From an uncultured Lentisphaerales bacterium (GTDB lineage: Bacteria > Verrucomicrobiota > Lentisphaeria > JABSQK01 > UBA12247): a stretch of 61,471 nt of DNA. Both the position numbers and the translations under genes were made by a program. The stretch is taken from positions 1 through 61,471 of the forward strand of contig CALSSJ010000014.1 in assembly GCA_943788985.1 (NCBI GenBank), in the 5' to 3' direction. The notes under the pieces are model-generated. The model was given only the letters and a program-made list of their open reading frames with translations, did no database searches and was not told where the DNA came from. Positions 9,566-18,499 of the stretch are shown here, piece by piece (the stretch's first letter is position 1; each line of letters opens with the position of its first letter).

Positions 9566-10130
9566 AACAGTGCTAGAAGACCGGCCGCTGACCGCAGATC
9601 CGCTTTGGTTTCTCGGCATCTCCGTGGGGTTGATTGCCCTCTTCGTGACCGCGGTTTCGATCTTTACCGAGCAGCAGTGGATGATTGATTACCGGACTGC
9701 CGATGTCACCTCAGGGCTCATGCGCATGCTAGGGCTCGAGGCCTCGAGTGAAGGCCGCAAGGTGGTCCTGATCTGGAATGACGTCACGCGCAATGCAAAC
9801 GTGGAGTACGGGTGTAATGGCCTGCTCATGTACCTCTTACTCACAGCGACCATGCTGCCGTTTCCGGTCAGCTGGCGCGAGCGAGCGCTTGGCTTGCTCG
9901 GCGGCTTACTATTTGCCTTCACCATCAATCAGATTCGGCTCGTCGCGCTGATGTTTTTGTTGTTCTGGGTCGACGCTGCCCGGTTCGAGATCTATCACAC
10001 GGGTTTCGGCCAGGCGTTCTCCGTCTTGAGCGTCGCATCCTATTGGTGGATCTGGCTCAAATTTCGCGGATCTGCGAACTCCGCACCGCCTGCTGACGTA
10101 CAGTCCGACGAGGTGCCAGACGCAGGATAG
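9558..10130 (+). CDS. Exosortase/archaeosortase family transpeptidase
   Basis: Cys-Arg-His triad motifs VEYGCNGL, INQIRL, IYHTG in a multi-TM 190-aa protein. Confidence 0.85.
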   Translation: MTETVLEDRPLTADPLWFLGISVGLIALFVTAVSIFTEQQWMIDYRTADVTSGLMRMLGLEASSEGRKVVLIWNDVTRNANVEYGCNGLLMYLLLTATMLPFPVSWRERALGLLGGLLFAFTINQIRLVALMFLLFWVDAARFEIYHTGFGQAFSVLSVASYWWIWLKFRGSANSAPPADVQSDEVPDAG

Positions 10131-10157
10131 AGTGGGCTGGCTCCGGCGATACGCAAG

Positions 10158-10199
10158 CTGGGACCGCGAGCGGCTCGCCCGCATCCGGCAAAGCGGATG
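10158..10199. repeat. REP-like GC-rich palindrome plus adjacent hairpin
   Basis: CTGGGACCGCGAGCGGCTCGCCCGC resembles the reverse complement of the motif near 5858-5878; followed by CATCCG-GCAAAG-CGGATG. Confidence 0.4.
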
Positions 10200-10283
10200 T
10201 TCTGACGCCTTCCTGTGCTAATAAGCGCCGTCCGCCTATCGGAGTAGCTTACGTCCTGTTGAAGACTCACTCAATGCGGGGGA

Positions 10284-11227
10284 TCAGATAGACGCGTCCC
10301 AGCAATTCTCGCCAAGGCCCAGAAATCTGGCCAAGCGAACGACTTCGAGCTCGGCCGCTTTTCGATACTCGCGTTCATCCAGCCGTCCGATGGCGTATCC
10401 AAAAGTCACGGTCAGGTGGCCGTCGGCAACTGCGGCATTTGCCCAGCGCACGATCTGCTCTGCCAGAGCACTGGCATCGCATAGTAGCCGAGCTTTCGCT
10501 TGGGCTTTGGTGTGTAGGCCTCGAACCGATAGGTCCAGTTCCACAGATGTTCGAACCGGGTTCTGTCCCCCAGACCGGATCAAAGGGGTCCAGGAGCCGA
10601 ACCTCAGCTGGCGTATTGTGGGCACAGCTCTGCTAATTCAAAGAGACATACTCTACAGAATCAACGAGGTCCACGTCAAGTCTCCCTGCGTCGGTCAGCA
10701 CCTTCAAACACTGCTGCCGTGCTTCCACTGTCGCAACAAGATTACCAAAATAAGAGAGCTCGCGTAATAGGAATTTACGGGTCATCGCACCCATGGCTCT
10801 TGACGCGGCCACGATGATTTCCTAAAAACGTTCCCCTTTGACAAGGTCTGCTCAAAGCCCGCGGCGGTCTTGTAAATACGAATGCCCTTTTTGCGCCGAG
10901 CGACTCTCAGAGCGCCTCAATTGGTTCATCCGTCTTTGGGTGAAGGATCTGCCACAGATCCTTCGAGAGGAAGCCATACCCGTACAAATAGCACTCCTCC
11001 AGCCCAAGTTCAGGATACGATCGCTCTAAGTCCCCGGCCCAATAATTCGTAACGCGGTGCCGCAAAATCAGATGCTGTGCCCGCGCTGGGCTACGAACTG
11101 GGACCGCTTGGACGAAGCCGAAACGCTCCAGCGCTTTGGCCAGGCCACACGGGGGAAGCAGACCGCTGCTCACCACTCGCTTTCTGGACTGATCCAACGA
11201 AGTCTTCCTTGATAGGATGCTACTCAC
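10284..11227 (-). pseudogene. YcaQ/AlkZ-like winged-helix DNA glycosylase family remnant
   Basis: Fragments in several frames: GFVQAVPVRSPARAQHLILRHRV..Y.AGDLER.YP; EAYTPKPKRKLGYYAMPVLW; WAN....G.L.V.FGY...LARFLGL. Confidence 0.75.
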
Positions 11228-11278
11228 GTTTTGGTGCGGGGCAATGAGCCGGACACACGGTGAGGGGGAGCAGATCCA

Positions 11279-12037
11279 TTAAGTCAGCGTGACGGTGCCG
11301 GCGACATGAGCGGAAAACCCGGTTGGGGTCTGAAGCACGAGGGCACCGTCGGCATTGACGTTGCGGCAGATGCCGGTGGTGCTGTCGTGCTCTGTGGAAA
11401 TGGTTACTTTGCGACCAGTCAGATACGAGCAGGTGCGGAGTTCGCAAACGACGGAGTCCGGAGAGTTGCGGAGTTCGCAAATTCCGGCTTGCAGGGCATC
11501 GAGGACGGCTGAAAGGACGTCGGTGACTGAGAGGTCGTTGCGTAGTTCGCACAGGGAGATGGCGCTGGTTGCGATGTCCGCAGTGGGAGTAATTGGATTG
11601 TTGACGTTTACGCCGATGCCGAGAATCAGGGCGTTTAGCTTGGCTGGCGAGGCCTCGATCAGGATGCCGCAAATCTTGCGATTTGCGATGTAGACGTCGT
11701 TGGGCCATTTAACCGAGAGGGGGGCGTCGGGCAGTAGCTGCTGCAGTGCGCGTCGAACGGCTAACCCAGAGGCGAGCGAGATCAGCGGCCAGGTCTCAGG
11801 CCGAAGCTTGAGCGCCTTGGTGTCGAGGATGATGGAGAAGGTGAGGGCACCGGTGGTGGCCTGCCAGCGGTTTTGGCGACGGCCACGGCCTGCAGTCTGG
11901 TTTTTGACCCAAATCAGGGTGACTGGAGCAAGTGGCTCGCTCTTGGCGACTAGCTCCTTGGCTAGGTCGTTGCTGGAGCCTGCGGTCTCGTGCAGTTGGA
12001 TCGTGTCGGGCCAGCTGTGGATGGGTTTAGTAGACAC
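11279..12037 (-). CDS. birA: Biotin--[acetyl-CoA carboxylase] ligase without an HTH domain
   Basis: SSND, QTAGRGRRQNRW, KWPND, KICGILIE, GIGVNV. GTG at 12037 chosen as start; it overlaps the upstream stop. Confidence 0.93.
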   Translation of the reverse strand: MSTKPIHSWPDTIQLHETAGSSNDLAKELVAKSEPLAPVTLIWVKNQTAGRGRRQNRWQATTGALTFSIILDTKALKLRPETWPLISLASGLAVRRALQQLLPDAPLSVKWPNDVYIANRKICGILIEASPAKLNALILGIGVNVNNPITPTADIATSAISLCELRNDLSVTDVLSAVLDALQAGICELRNSPDSVVCELRTCSYLTGRKVTISTEHDSTTGICRNVNADGALVLQTPTGFSAHVAGTVTLT

Positions 12038-13079
12038 CTTCGACAATCTTCTTTTTGCTGGCACCAAAGGGGCGAACTTGGCCAACTCCGTCCCAGGGAT
12101 AGCCTGGGATGGGGGGACAGCGGACGGCTTCGTCGCGCTCAAGGAAGCGTGGCACGAAGAACTCGTGGGTCATGGTGGTGAGCTCGACGCGGCCCCATTC
12201 TCCGTAGGCGACGGTCTGGTCAGTGTCGTCTGGATTCACAACCCGGGTGACGGCGCGGGGCTGTGGGGCATAGTAGGTGACTTCGTAGTTTTCTGCGGCG
12301 GTGAGCTTCTTGCTGTGCGCCAGGCCCATCAGGGTGTTTCCATAGACGGGCTTGAAGGCTACTTTGTTTTCGAGCACTTCTTCGACAATGAAGCGGACAG
12401 TTTGGGGGCTCATTTCGGTGCCGCCACAGAAGACGCCTTTGATGCCGCAGTGGGGCAGGGAGATGCGCTCGCCAAGGGCTTCGAGCAGCCGCGGGGTGGT
12501 GAACAGGGCAGAGACTTTGCGGTGCTTGAGGATGGTGACTGCTTGGTCGACGACGTGCTCCATGTAGGCCTGGGCCTGCTTGTGCTCGCCATTGCGAATG
12601 AGCCGCTTGACCCAGCGTGGGTCGAGGTCGATGAAGTAACAGCTGCCGCCGCGGTAGTTGGCGAGATGCTCGATGGACAGGCGCAGGCGGCGCGGCCCGG
12701 TGGGGCCGATCATCAGCCAGTTGGTGCCACGGGGGAAGTCGTCGTCGGAGAGGGTGTCGCCGAAGGATTCGTAGTCGTGCTTGTAGTCGTCCCAGCCAAT
12801 GCGCTGCTTGGGCATGCCGGTGGTGCCGCCGGTCTCGAAGATGTTGAACGGGCGCCCTTTGTACTTCTGCGGCACCCAGCGCTCTGGTTCTTCGAAGCGC
12901 AGCCAGTCGTCTTCGAAATGTGGGAATTTGCGGAGTTCGCAAAAGCTGGTGATTTCTCGACGCGGGTCCCAGCCTTGGTCGGCGGCCCAGTCAAGCCAGA
13001 AGGGGCAGCCGGTATCGGGGCTGAAGTGCCAGTCAAGGATTTCGCGGAGGTGTTGGGCGAGCTGTTCTTGGGGAGACAC
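12027..13079 (-). CDS. EhpF/GriC-like atypical adenylate-forming enzyme
   Basis: WHFSPDTGCPFWL, ETGGTTGMPK phosphate loop, GPTGP, FIDLDPRWVK, LFTTPRLLE, GGTEM, YGNTLMG, V.YGE.GRV, RFLERDEA. GTG start at 13079 with GGAG RBS; the 597-aa track ORF is over-extended. Confidence 0.8.
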   Translation of the reverse strand: MSPQEQLAQHLREILDWHFSPDTGCPFWLDWAADQGWDPRREITSFCELRKFPHFEDDWLRFEEPERWVPQKYKGRPFNIFETGGTTGMPKQRIGWDDYKHDYESFGDTLSDDDFPRGTNWLMIGPTGPRRLRLSIEHLANYRGGSCYFIDLDPRWVKRLIRNGEHKQAQAYMEHVVDQAVTILKHRKVSALFTTPRLLEALGERISLPHCGIKGVFCGGTEMSPQTVRFIVEEVLENKVAFKPVYGNTLMGLAHSKKLTAAENYEVTYYAPQPRAVTRVVNPDDTDQTVAYGEWGRVELTTMTHEFFVPRFLERDEAVRCPPIPGYPWDGVGQVRPFGASKKKIVEGVY

Positions 13080-13083
13080 CGCG

Positions 13084-14499
13084 TTACTCCGCCGCAATTG
13101 CGTACAGCTGAGTCTTGGTGGCGATGTACAGTACGCCATTGGCAGCAGTGGCGGTGCCGTAGACGGTCTCGCGCATGTCGATGGTGCGGATGTGTTGCTT
13201 GGTCTTGGCATGGGCAAAGATGTTGATCTTGCCGGTTTCGTCGCCGATGTAGACTTTTCCGTCTGCGACCATGGTGGAGCCCCAGACGGCGCTCTTGAGG
13301 TCATGGCTCCAGTGGGCTTTGCCGGTCTTTTGGTCGAGGCAGTAGAGGATGCCGGAAATATCAGCGATGTAGACGAGGCCGTCGAGCACGGAGGCGGTGC
13401 TGATGGTGCGGCCGAACTCGTCGTTACCGCGGTGCCAGAGGGCGCCGGTCTTGGTGATGTCGCCGGATCCTTTGGCGTTGATGGCGTAGAGATGGCCGAT
13501 GCCGACGCCGTGCTCGGGGTCCTGGCCAACGCCGATGTAGACGACGTTATCAGCAAAGACAGGCGTGGCGATGAGGTTGTTTTTGGTGCCATAGCCGCCC
13601 AACTCCCAGACTGCATCAGGGGGATTGCAGTTGAACTTCCAGATGAGTTTTCCGTCCTTGGGGCTGAGGGCGTAGAGCCAGCCATCGCCGCCAGGCAGGT
13701 AGATCTGTTTCTGGCCGTCGACGATGCCCATGGAGGGGGAGGACCACTGGCCATGCAGGATTCGCTCTTCGACGGCAAACTCCCAGAGCAACTCGCCGGT
13801 CTTGGCGTCAAAGGCGACAAAGCTGGGGGCGGAGTTGACGGGAATATTTAAGTGGCCTTCGTCGACGCCGTTGCCAGTGATGAGGAAGACGATGCCGTCA
13901 TCGACGAGCGGGGAGGAGGTGGCGAGGTTGTGAGGAAAGACGCCGAGCTCTTCGATCATGTCGTAGGACCAGATGACGTCTGCGTGGCCGGTGGCGGTGT
14001 AGGTCTCGGCGGTCATGCCGTCGTTCTGGTCGGCAAAGCCGTTGACATCGGCACAGGTAGCTTCGCAGCGATTGCTGAGGTACCAGAGGCGGTCGCCGAC
14101 AACTTGTGGCGTGGAGCAGATGCCCTGATGGGGCCAGTCGTTTACGCGCCCGGCAGAGAGCTTGTCGTGCACGGCTTGCCAAAGGAAGGAGCCGTCCTTC
14201 TCGGCGACGACGACGATGTTGCCTTTATCGCCTTTTACGTTCGGGTCGAGGTGGGCTTCGTTGTTGGTGCCGATGTAGACGCGGCCATCGGCAACGACGG
14301 CGCTGCCGTAGGTCAGCGAGCCGAGCTTGACCTTCCATTTTACACTTTTGCCGGACTTCACGTCCCAATCATCCGGGAGGTTCTTCTCGACGGTGTTGAT
14401 CATGTTTCGGCCGGAGCCGCCGCCCCAATGGGGCCAGTCTGCAGACTGACCGGCGATGGCGAGCAGGGCGCAGAGTAAAGTGGTCTGGTGGAAATTCAT
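13084..14499 (-). CDS. Exported PQQ-binding-like beta-propeller protein
   Basis: Signal peptide then DWPHWGG..GRN; repeated A.D.KTG..LW Trp-docking motifs. Confidence 0.9.
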   Translation of the reverse strand: MNFHQTTLLCALLAIAGQSADWPHWGGGSGRNMINTVEKNLPDDWDVKSGKSVKWKVKLGSLTYGSAVVADGRVYIGTNNEAHLDPNVKGDKGNIVVVAEKDGSFLWQAVHDKLSAGRVNDWPHQGICSTPQVVGDRLWYLSNRCEATCADVNGFADQNDGMTAETYTATGHADVIWSYDMIEELGVFPHNLATSSPLVDDGIVFLITGNGVDEGHLNIPVNSAPSFVAFDAKTGELLWEFAVEERILHGQWSSPSMGIVDGQKQIYLPGGDGWLYALSPKDGKLIWKFNCNPPDAVWELGGYGTKNNLIATPVFADNVVYIGVGQDPEHGVGIGHLYAINAKGSGDITKTGALWHRGNDEFGRTISTASVLDGLVYIADISGILYCLDQKTGKAHWSHDLKSAVWGSTMVADGKVYIGDETGKINIFAHAKTKQHIRTIDMRETVYGTATAANGVLYIATKTQLYAIAAE

Positions 14500-14522
14500 A
14501 GGGTGTGTCTCAGTTGCTTGGT

Positions 14523-16724
14523 TCAAGGACGGTCAATGATGACGTTGTCAAAGAGAACTTCGGTCCCTTTGGACTTGGAGGTAACGCCGACGGCGTAGGC
14601 ATAGAGGCCGGGGCTGCCGGCGGGGTTCGGATGGTCATCCTTCATCTGAATGGACCAAGCCGCGGGCTCGTCGGTGCCTTGCTTCCAGACTTTAGCGCTG
14701 ATGGTACCGACGCCTTCGGCGATCGAAACGTGCAGCTTGGCCGTGTACCAGGCATCGCCTTGCCAGGGAAACTCGACTTCTTGGATGATGCGCGGAACGG
14801 GGGCCCAAGAAACGAGGCGCAAGCGGCGAGTACGCTCCGAGCTACCGATCATGATCAGCAGATAGCGACTGTTGATCAGGCCCATGTCGGGCAAGAAGCG
14901 TTTCTTCTTCGTGATACCGAAGATGTCTGCTTGGACGCTGTAGCCAGCTTCGAGGGCGGGGGTCATGTAGCAGCGGAGGCGGGCGAAGGGCGGGGCCGGG
15001 CGCTCGGCGAGCTTGCGCAGGACTTTGTTGCCATCGTGTTCGGTGACGATGGCCTTGAGCTTAGAGGTGATCCAGCCGGGAGGGGGCAGGTCGGCCTTGA
15101 GTGACTCGAAGTCCTCCTCGTAGGGGAGGGCCGGGAAGATGCGAACGCGCGAGTTGAGGGTGGTCTCTTCAATTCTGGCAGTTACCAAGCCAGCCTGGAT
15201 GCGGTTGCCGCCCGCGCGGAACAGGCCGGTGCCGGACATGCCGCCGGATATTCCCTTGACTGCGAACTTCGCCTTGGGGGGCGTTTCGCCTGTAGGGGTG
15301 CCCTTGGCATCGAAGCCGACGAGACGGAACTGGAGGCTGTCGTTGGGGGCGAGCCAGGTTTCGGCTGGCTCAAGCTGCCAGTGCGCAGTCGGGCCGGGCT
15401 TGGGCATGCTGGGCGAGGCAGTGGAGATAGCGGAGCGAAAGTCAGCAGGCTTGGTGGAGAGGCAGAACATGCGGCTGAGTGTGCTGATGACGACCTTACC
15501 GTCGGCGATCGCCGGACTGGAATAGACCTCGTCTGGTCCGCCGTCGGGCCGGGTGAACTTCTCTTCGCTCAGGAGCTGGCAGCCTGCCTTGGATACTTTG
15601 AGAATGCGCCAGGCACCGGGGACATCGCCTAGGTAGATCTTACCGTCGGCATAGACTGGCGAGCCCTTGCCCTCGTTGCCGGCGTCAAAGGTCCAGTACT
15701 GGGTGCCGGTGTTGGCATCAAGGCAGATCAGGGTGCCGGTATTGGTGACCGCGTAGAGTAGACCACCGTGGAGGGCGGGCGTTGCAAAATGATCGGACAG
15801 GCCTTCGACGCGCCAGAGTTCCTTGCCGGTGCCAGCCTCGAGGCAGAGCAGGCGGCCCATAACTCCTGAGTCGACGTTGGTGCGGCCATGGACGGCGTAG
15901 ACCTTTCCGTCATGATAGAGGACAGAGGCCATGATGGCATCTTCGGACAGGGGAACGTTCCACAGGAGCTCACCGGTGGTGGGACGCATCGCGGCGATGC
16001 TACCGTCGCCAAGTCCGGTAAACATGATCCGGCCTTGGTCAAAGGTGGTGATGACAGGGACCGAGTAGGAGGTGTTCTTGGGCTTGCCCCCGACTCCCTG
16101 CAGCCAGCGAATCTCGCCGGTGAGCTTATCGAGACCGAAGAAGCGGTGCTGGCCCTTGCCATGCGGGCCCCAGCTGCTGGTGAGCGAGCTAATGATGACC
16201 AGGTCGCCTTCAACCACGGGGCTGTAGGTCCGTCCGCCGTAGCCGGAGATCCGGCCCAGTTCCTCACTGAGGCTGTGCTCCCAGATGATCTCGCCGTCTT
16301 GGTCGAAGCAAAACATGAGGCCCTGAATGCCGTGTGCGTAAATGTAGCCGGTTTCGGGGTCGATTGCCAGATTGGACCAGCCGAGGCGGTGGGCGACGAT
16401 GTCAGTTAGGAAGGCATTAAAACGATGTTCCCAGATGACCTTGCCGGTGTCTAGATCGAGGACCACGACGCGTTCCTGGGGCACTTCGCCATGGCTGGTG
16501 CGGGAGATGGCATAGACGCGCCCTTTGTGGATGAGCGGCGCGGATCGCACGCCGACGTCTGCGGACCAGAGCAAGTTCTCACCGGTCTGGGACCAAGTGT
16601 CCGGCAGGCCAGTTTCGGCCGATGCACCATGTGCGCCGTGCCCTCGCCACTGCGTCCAGTCCTGGGCTAGGGCGGAGCCGGCGAGAAGGGCGATGAGAAC
16701 GGGAATGCTACGAAGTACTGTCAT
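14523..16724 (-). CDS. Exported PQQ-binding-like beta-propeller protein with extra C-terminal beta-rich domain(s)
   Basis: Signal peptide, DWTQWRG, repeated LD..TG...W motifs; C-terminal YEEDFE...GSPGLY....FDNV resembles a lectin/ConA-like sandwich. Confidence 0.9.
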   Translation of the reverse strand: MTVLRSIPVLIALLAGSALAQDWTQWRGHGAHGASAETGLPDTWSQTGENLLWSADVGVRSAPLIHKGRVYAISRTSHGEVPQERVVVLDLDTGKVIWEHRFNAFLTDIVAHRLGWSNLAIDPETGYIYAHGIQGLMFCFDQDGEIIWEHSLSEELGRISGYGGRTYSPVVEGDLVIISSLTSSWGPHGKGQHRFFGLDKLTGEIRWLQGVGGKPKNTSYSVPVITTFDQGRIMFTGLGDGSIAAMRPTTGELLWNVPLSEDAIMASVLYHDGKVYAVHGRTNVDSGVMGRLLCLEAGTGKELWRVEGLSDHFATPALHGGLLYAVTNTGTLICLDANTGTQYWTFDAGNEGKGSPVYADGKIYLGDVPGAWRILKVSKAGCQLLSEEKFTRPDGGPDEVYSSPAIADGKVVISTLSRMFCLSTKPADFRSAISTASPSMPKPGPTAHWQLEPAETWLAPNDSLQFRLVGFDAKGTPTGETPPKAKFAVKGISGGMSGTGLFRAGGNRIQAGLVTARIEETTLNSRVRIFPALPYEEDFESLKADLPPPGWITSKLKAIVTEHDGNKVLRKLAERPAPPFARLRCYMTPALEAGYSVQADIFGITKKKRFLPDMGLINSRYLLIMIGSSERTRRLRLVSWAPVPRIIQEVEFPWQGDAWYTAKLHVSIAEGVGTISAKVWKQGTDEPAAWSIQMKDDHPNPAGSPGLYAYAVGVTSKSKGTEVLFDNVIIDRP

Positions 16725-16737
16725 GATGGGGACTCGT

Positions 16738-17952
16738 TCAGTTTGAGGCAGAGAGATCTAGGCAGACCAGCGCGCTCTTACTGCGAACGAGCAGTTTCTT
16801 GTTGGCGACGACCGGCGCTGTCCACGACTGTTTTTCTTCAAAAGGCTGGATGCGGCCAAGCTCCTGGTAGCTGTCTGGTGTCATGCGGGCCATGATGACG
16901 GAGCCATCCATATCACTGAGAGCGATGAGAACGTCATCCACACCAGTGAGTGCGCCATGTCCAACGCCAATCTCGTTGCTGCTCGTGGTGCGCCACTTTT
17001 CTTTGCCGGTGTACGGGTCGAAACAGACAATGAAGCGGGGTTCGGTAGTGGTGTAGATGTGGCCTTTGTAGAAGATCGGGCTGCTGAAACGGGTGTTGAT
17101 TTTTTTGTTTTCCCAGACGATTTTACAGGAGTGGCCTTTGATTTTGAGCAGGGCGGTTTTGTTGCGATAGCCGCTGGTGACGAGGACGCCGTCGTCGGAG
17201 ATGATAAAGGGGGTGGAGCCGTTGACGTCGTACTTGGTCGGCCAATCCATGGACCAGATGATGTCGCCGGATATCGGGTCGACCCCGCGGATGCTTTTGC
17301 CTGAAAAGGCGATGTATTGTTTCGTGCCGTTGATGGTGCCGATGGCTGGGGTGGCGTAGCCCAGTTGATCGGTACCGCCACCTTGCCAGATGGTTTTTCC
17401 GGTTTCTAGGTGGAGGCCCGTCAGGAGCGCGTTTTTGCCGGCAGTCATAGTCAGGAGCCGACCGTTGTCGATGATGGGGGAGTTACTGACTTGCCATTTG
17501 GGGAGCTCGCCCTCGGTGAAGCGCTTGGTCTGCCAGAGGCGTTCCTGGGTGCGAATGGTTACGGCGGTGACGGTACCCAAGCTGCTGATGGTGTAGATGA
17601 CACCGTTTTGCACCAAGGGGGTAGTGCGGGTGAGGCCGAATTTGTGTTCCTTGGCTTCTTTGAAGCTGTGACGCCAGAGTTCCTTGCCGCTCTTCTGGTC
17701 CAGGGCCAGTAGGACTTCCTGGCCATTCTTGTGATCCTGGATGTAGACGACACCCGCGACGACGACGGGACCGCCGTAGCCGCCATCAGACATGTTACGC
17801 CGCCATAGCTCTTTCGGCGGGTTTGCCGTCCAATCCTTGTTGATGCCGGTCTCGGTCGAGTAGCTTTTGCCGTCAGGGCCCAGGAAGCGCGGCCAGTCGA
17901 GGGCCTGCAGGGAGGTCGTGAGAACGAGAGAGAGTACGATAAGACGGATCAT
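16738..17952 (-). CDS. Exported PQQ-binding-like beta-propeller protein
   Basis: Signal peptide, DWPRFLGP, Trp-docking repeats, terminal WTAPVVAN.KLLVR....LVCLDL. Confidence 0.9.
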   Translation of the reverse strand: MIRLIVLSLVLTTSLQALDWPRFLGPDGKSYSTETGINKDWTANPPKELWRRNMSDGGYGGPVVVAGVVYIQDHKNGQEVLLALDQKSGKELWRHSFKEAKEHKFGLTRTTPLVQNGVIYTISSLGTVTAVTIRTQERLWQTKRFTEGELPKWQVSNSPIIDNGRLLTMTAGKNALLTGLHLETGKTIWQGGGTDQLGYATPAIGTINGTKQYIAFSGKSIRGVDPISGDIIWSMDWPTKYDVNGSTPFIISDDGVLVTSGYRNKTALLKIKGHSCKIVWENKKINTRFSSPIFYKGHIYTTTEPRFIVCFDPYTGKEKWRTTSSNEIGVGHGALTGVDDVLIALSDMDGSVIMARMTPDSYQELGRIQPFEEKQSWTAPVVANKKLLVRSKSALVCLDLSASN

Positions 17953-18386
17953 GGACTGGCTTCCTTTAGATACGGGCGAAGATGTTCGCGAATCCAGTCG
18001 GGAATACTGATCGCTTCGGGCGGGCAGCCTGTGCCGAGTTCAATCTGACAGCAGACGCTGGTGGATGTGCCACTGGCAACGACAGTTCCGTGATGGACGA
18101 TGTCTGCAGAATAGGTGACGGATTTATTGCCGATGCGGTCGATGCTTAGTTGGACGTCGAACTCGTCCTCAAAGCGCAGCGGGCGGGAGAACTCGAAGGC
18201 GCAAGAGCGGCGTGGCCAGCCCATGATGTGACCGTCATCAAGCTTATGGTTGATGCAGACGTTGAAGCTCCGGAACAGCGCGTGCTCGGTGGCTTCCATG
18301 TACTGATAGAACTGAGTGAAATGCACGATGCCAGCCATGTCTGTGTCTGCGTATTCGACACGTCGGGTTACTACAAAGGGGTGCAT
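17949..18386 (-). CDS. Acyl-CoA thioesterase, 4HBT/YbgC hot-dog family
   Basis: RRVEYADTDMAGIVHF..FY.YME..E, PLRFED; ATGA overlap with the next gene. Confidence 0.92.
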   Translation of the reverse strand: MHPFVVTRRVEYADTDMAGIVHFTQFYQYMEATEHALFRSFNVCINHKLDDGHIMGWPRRSCAFEFSRPLRFEDEFDVQLSIDRIGNKSVTYSADIVHHGTVVASGTSTSVCCQIELGTGCPPEAISIPDWIREHLRPYLKEASP

Positions 18387-18499
18387 ATCAGTACTCTAGG
18401 ATTGTGCATATCTCATAGACGATCTTACCATGCCTGCGTGCGCGGAGTTTTCAGGGACGTTGGGACGGCTGTCGTCCCTGCCTACGGAGTCGATCAACT

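Noticed and set aside
13080..13820. N-terminal extension making the EhpF-like protein 597 aa
   Set aside because: It overlaps the propeller gene in another frame and is Ser/Pro/Thr-rich noise; a GTG with RBS at 13079 is the better start.
11700..13851. Long plus-strand ORFs (508 aa and 350 aa)
   Set aside because: Antisense shadows of well-supported minus-strand genes in GC-rich DNA; no motifs.
13084..17952. Calling the propellers true PQQ dehydrogenases or BamB, or linking them to the PqqD-like gene as PQQ biosynthesis
   Set aside because: Only generic Trp-docking repeats are visible, no pqqABCE genes are present, and the PqqD-like gene is about 37 kb away in a transporter operon.
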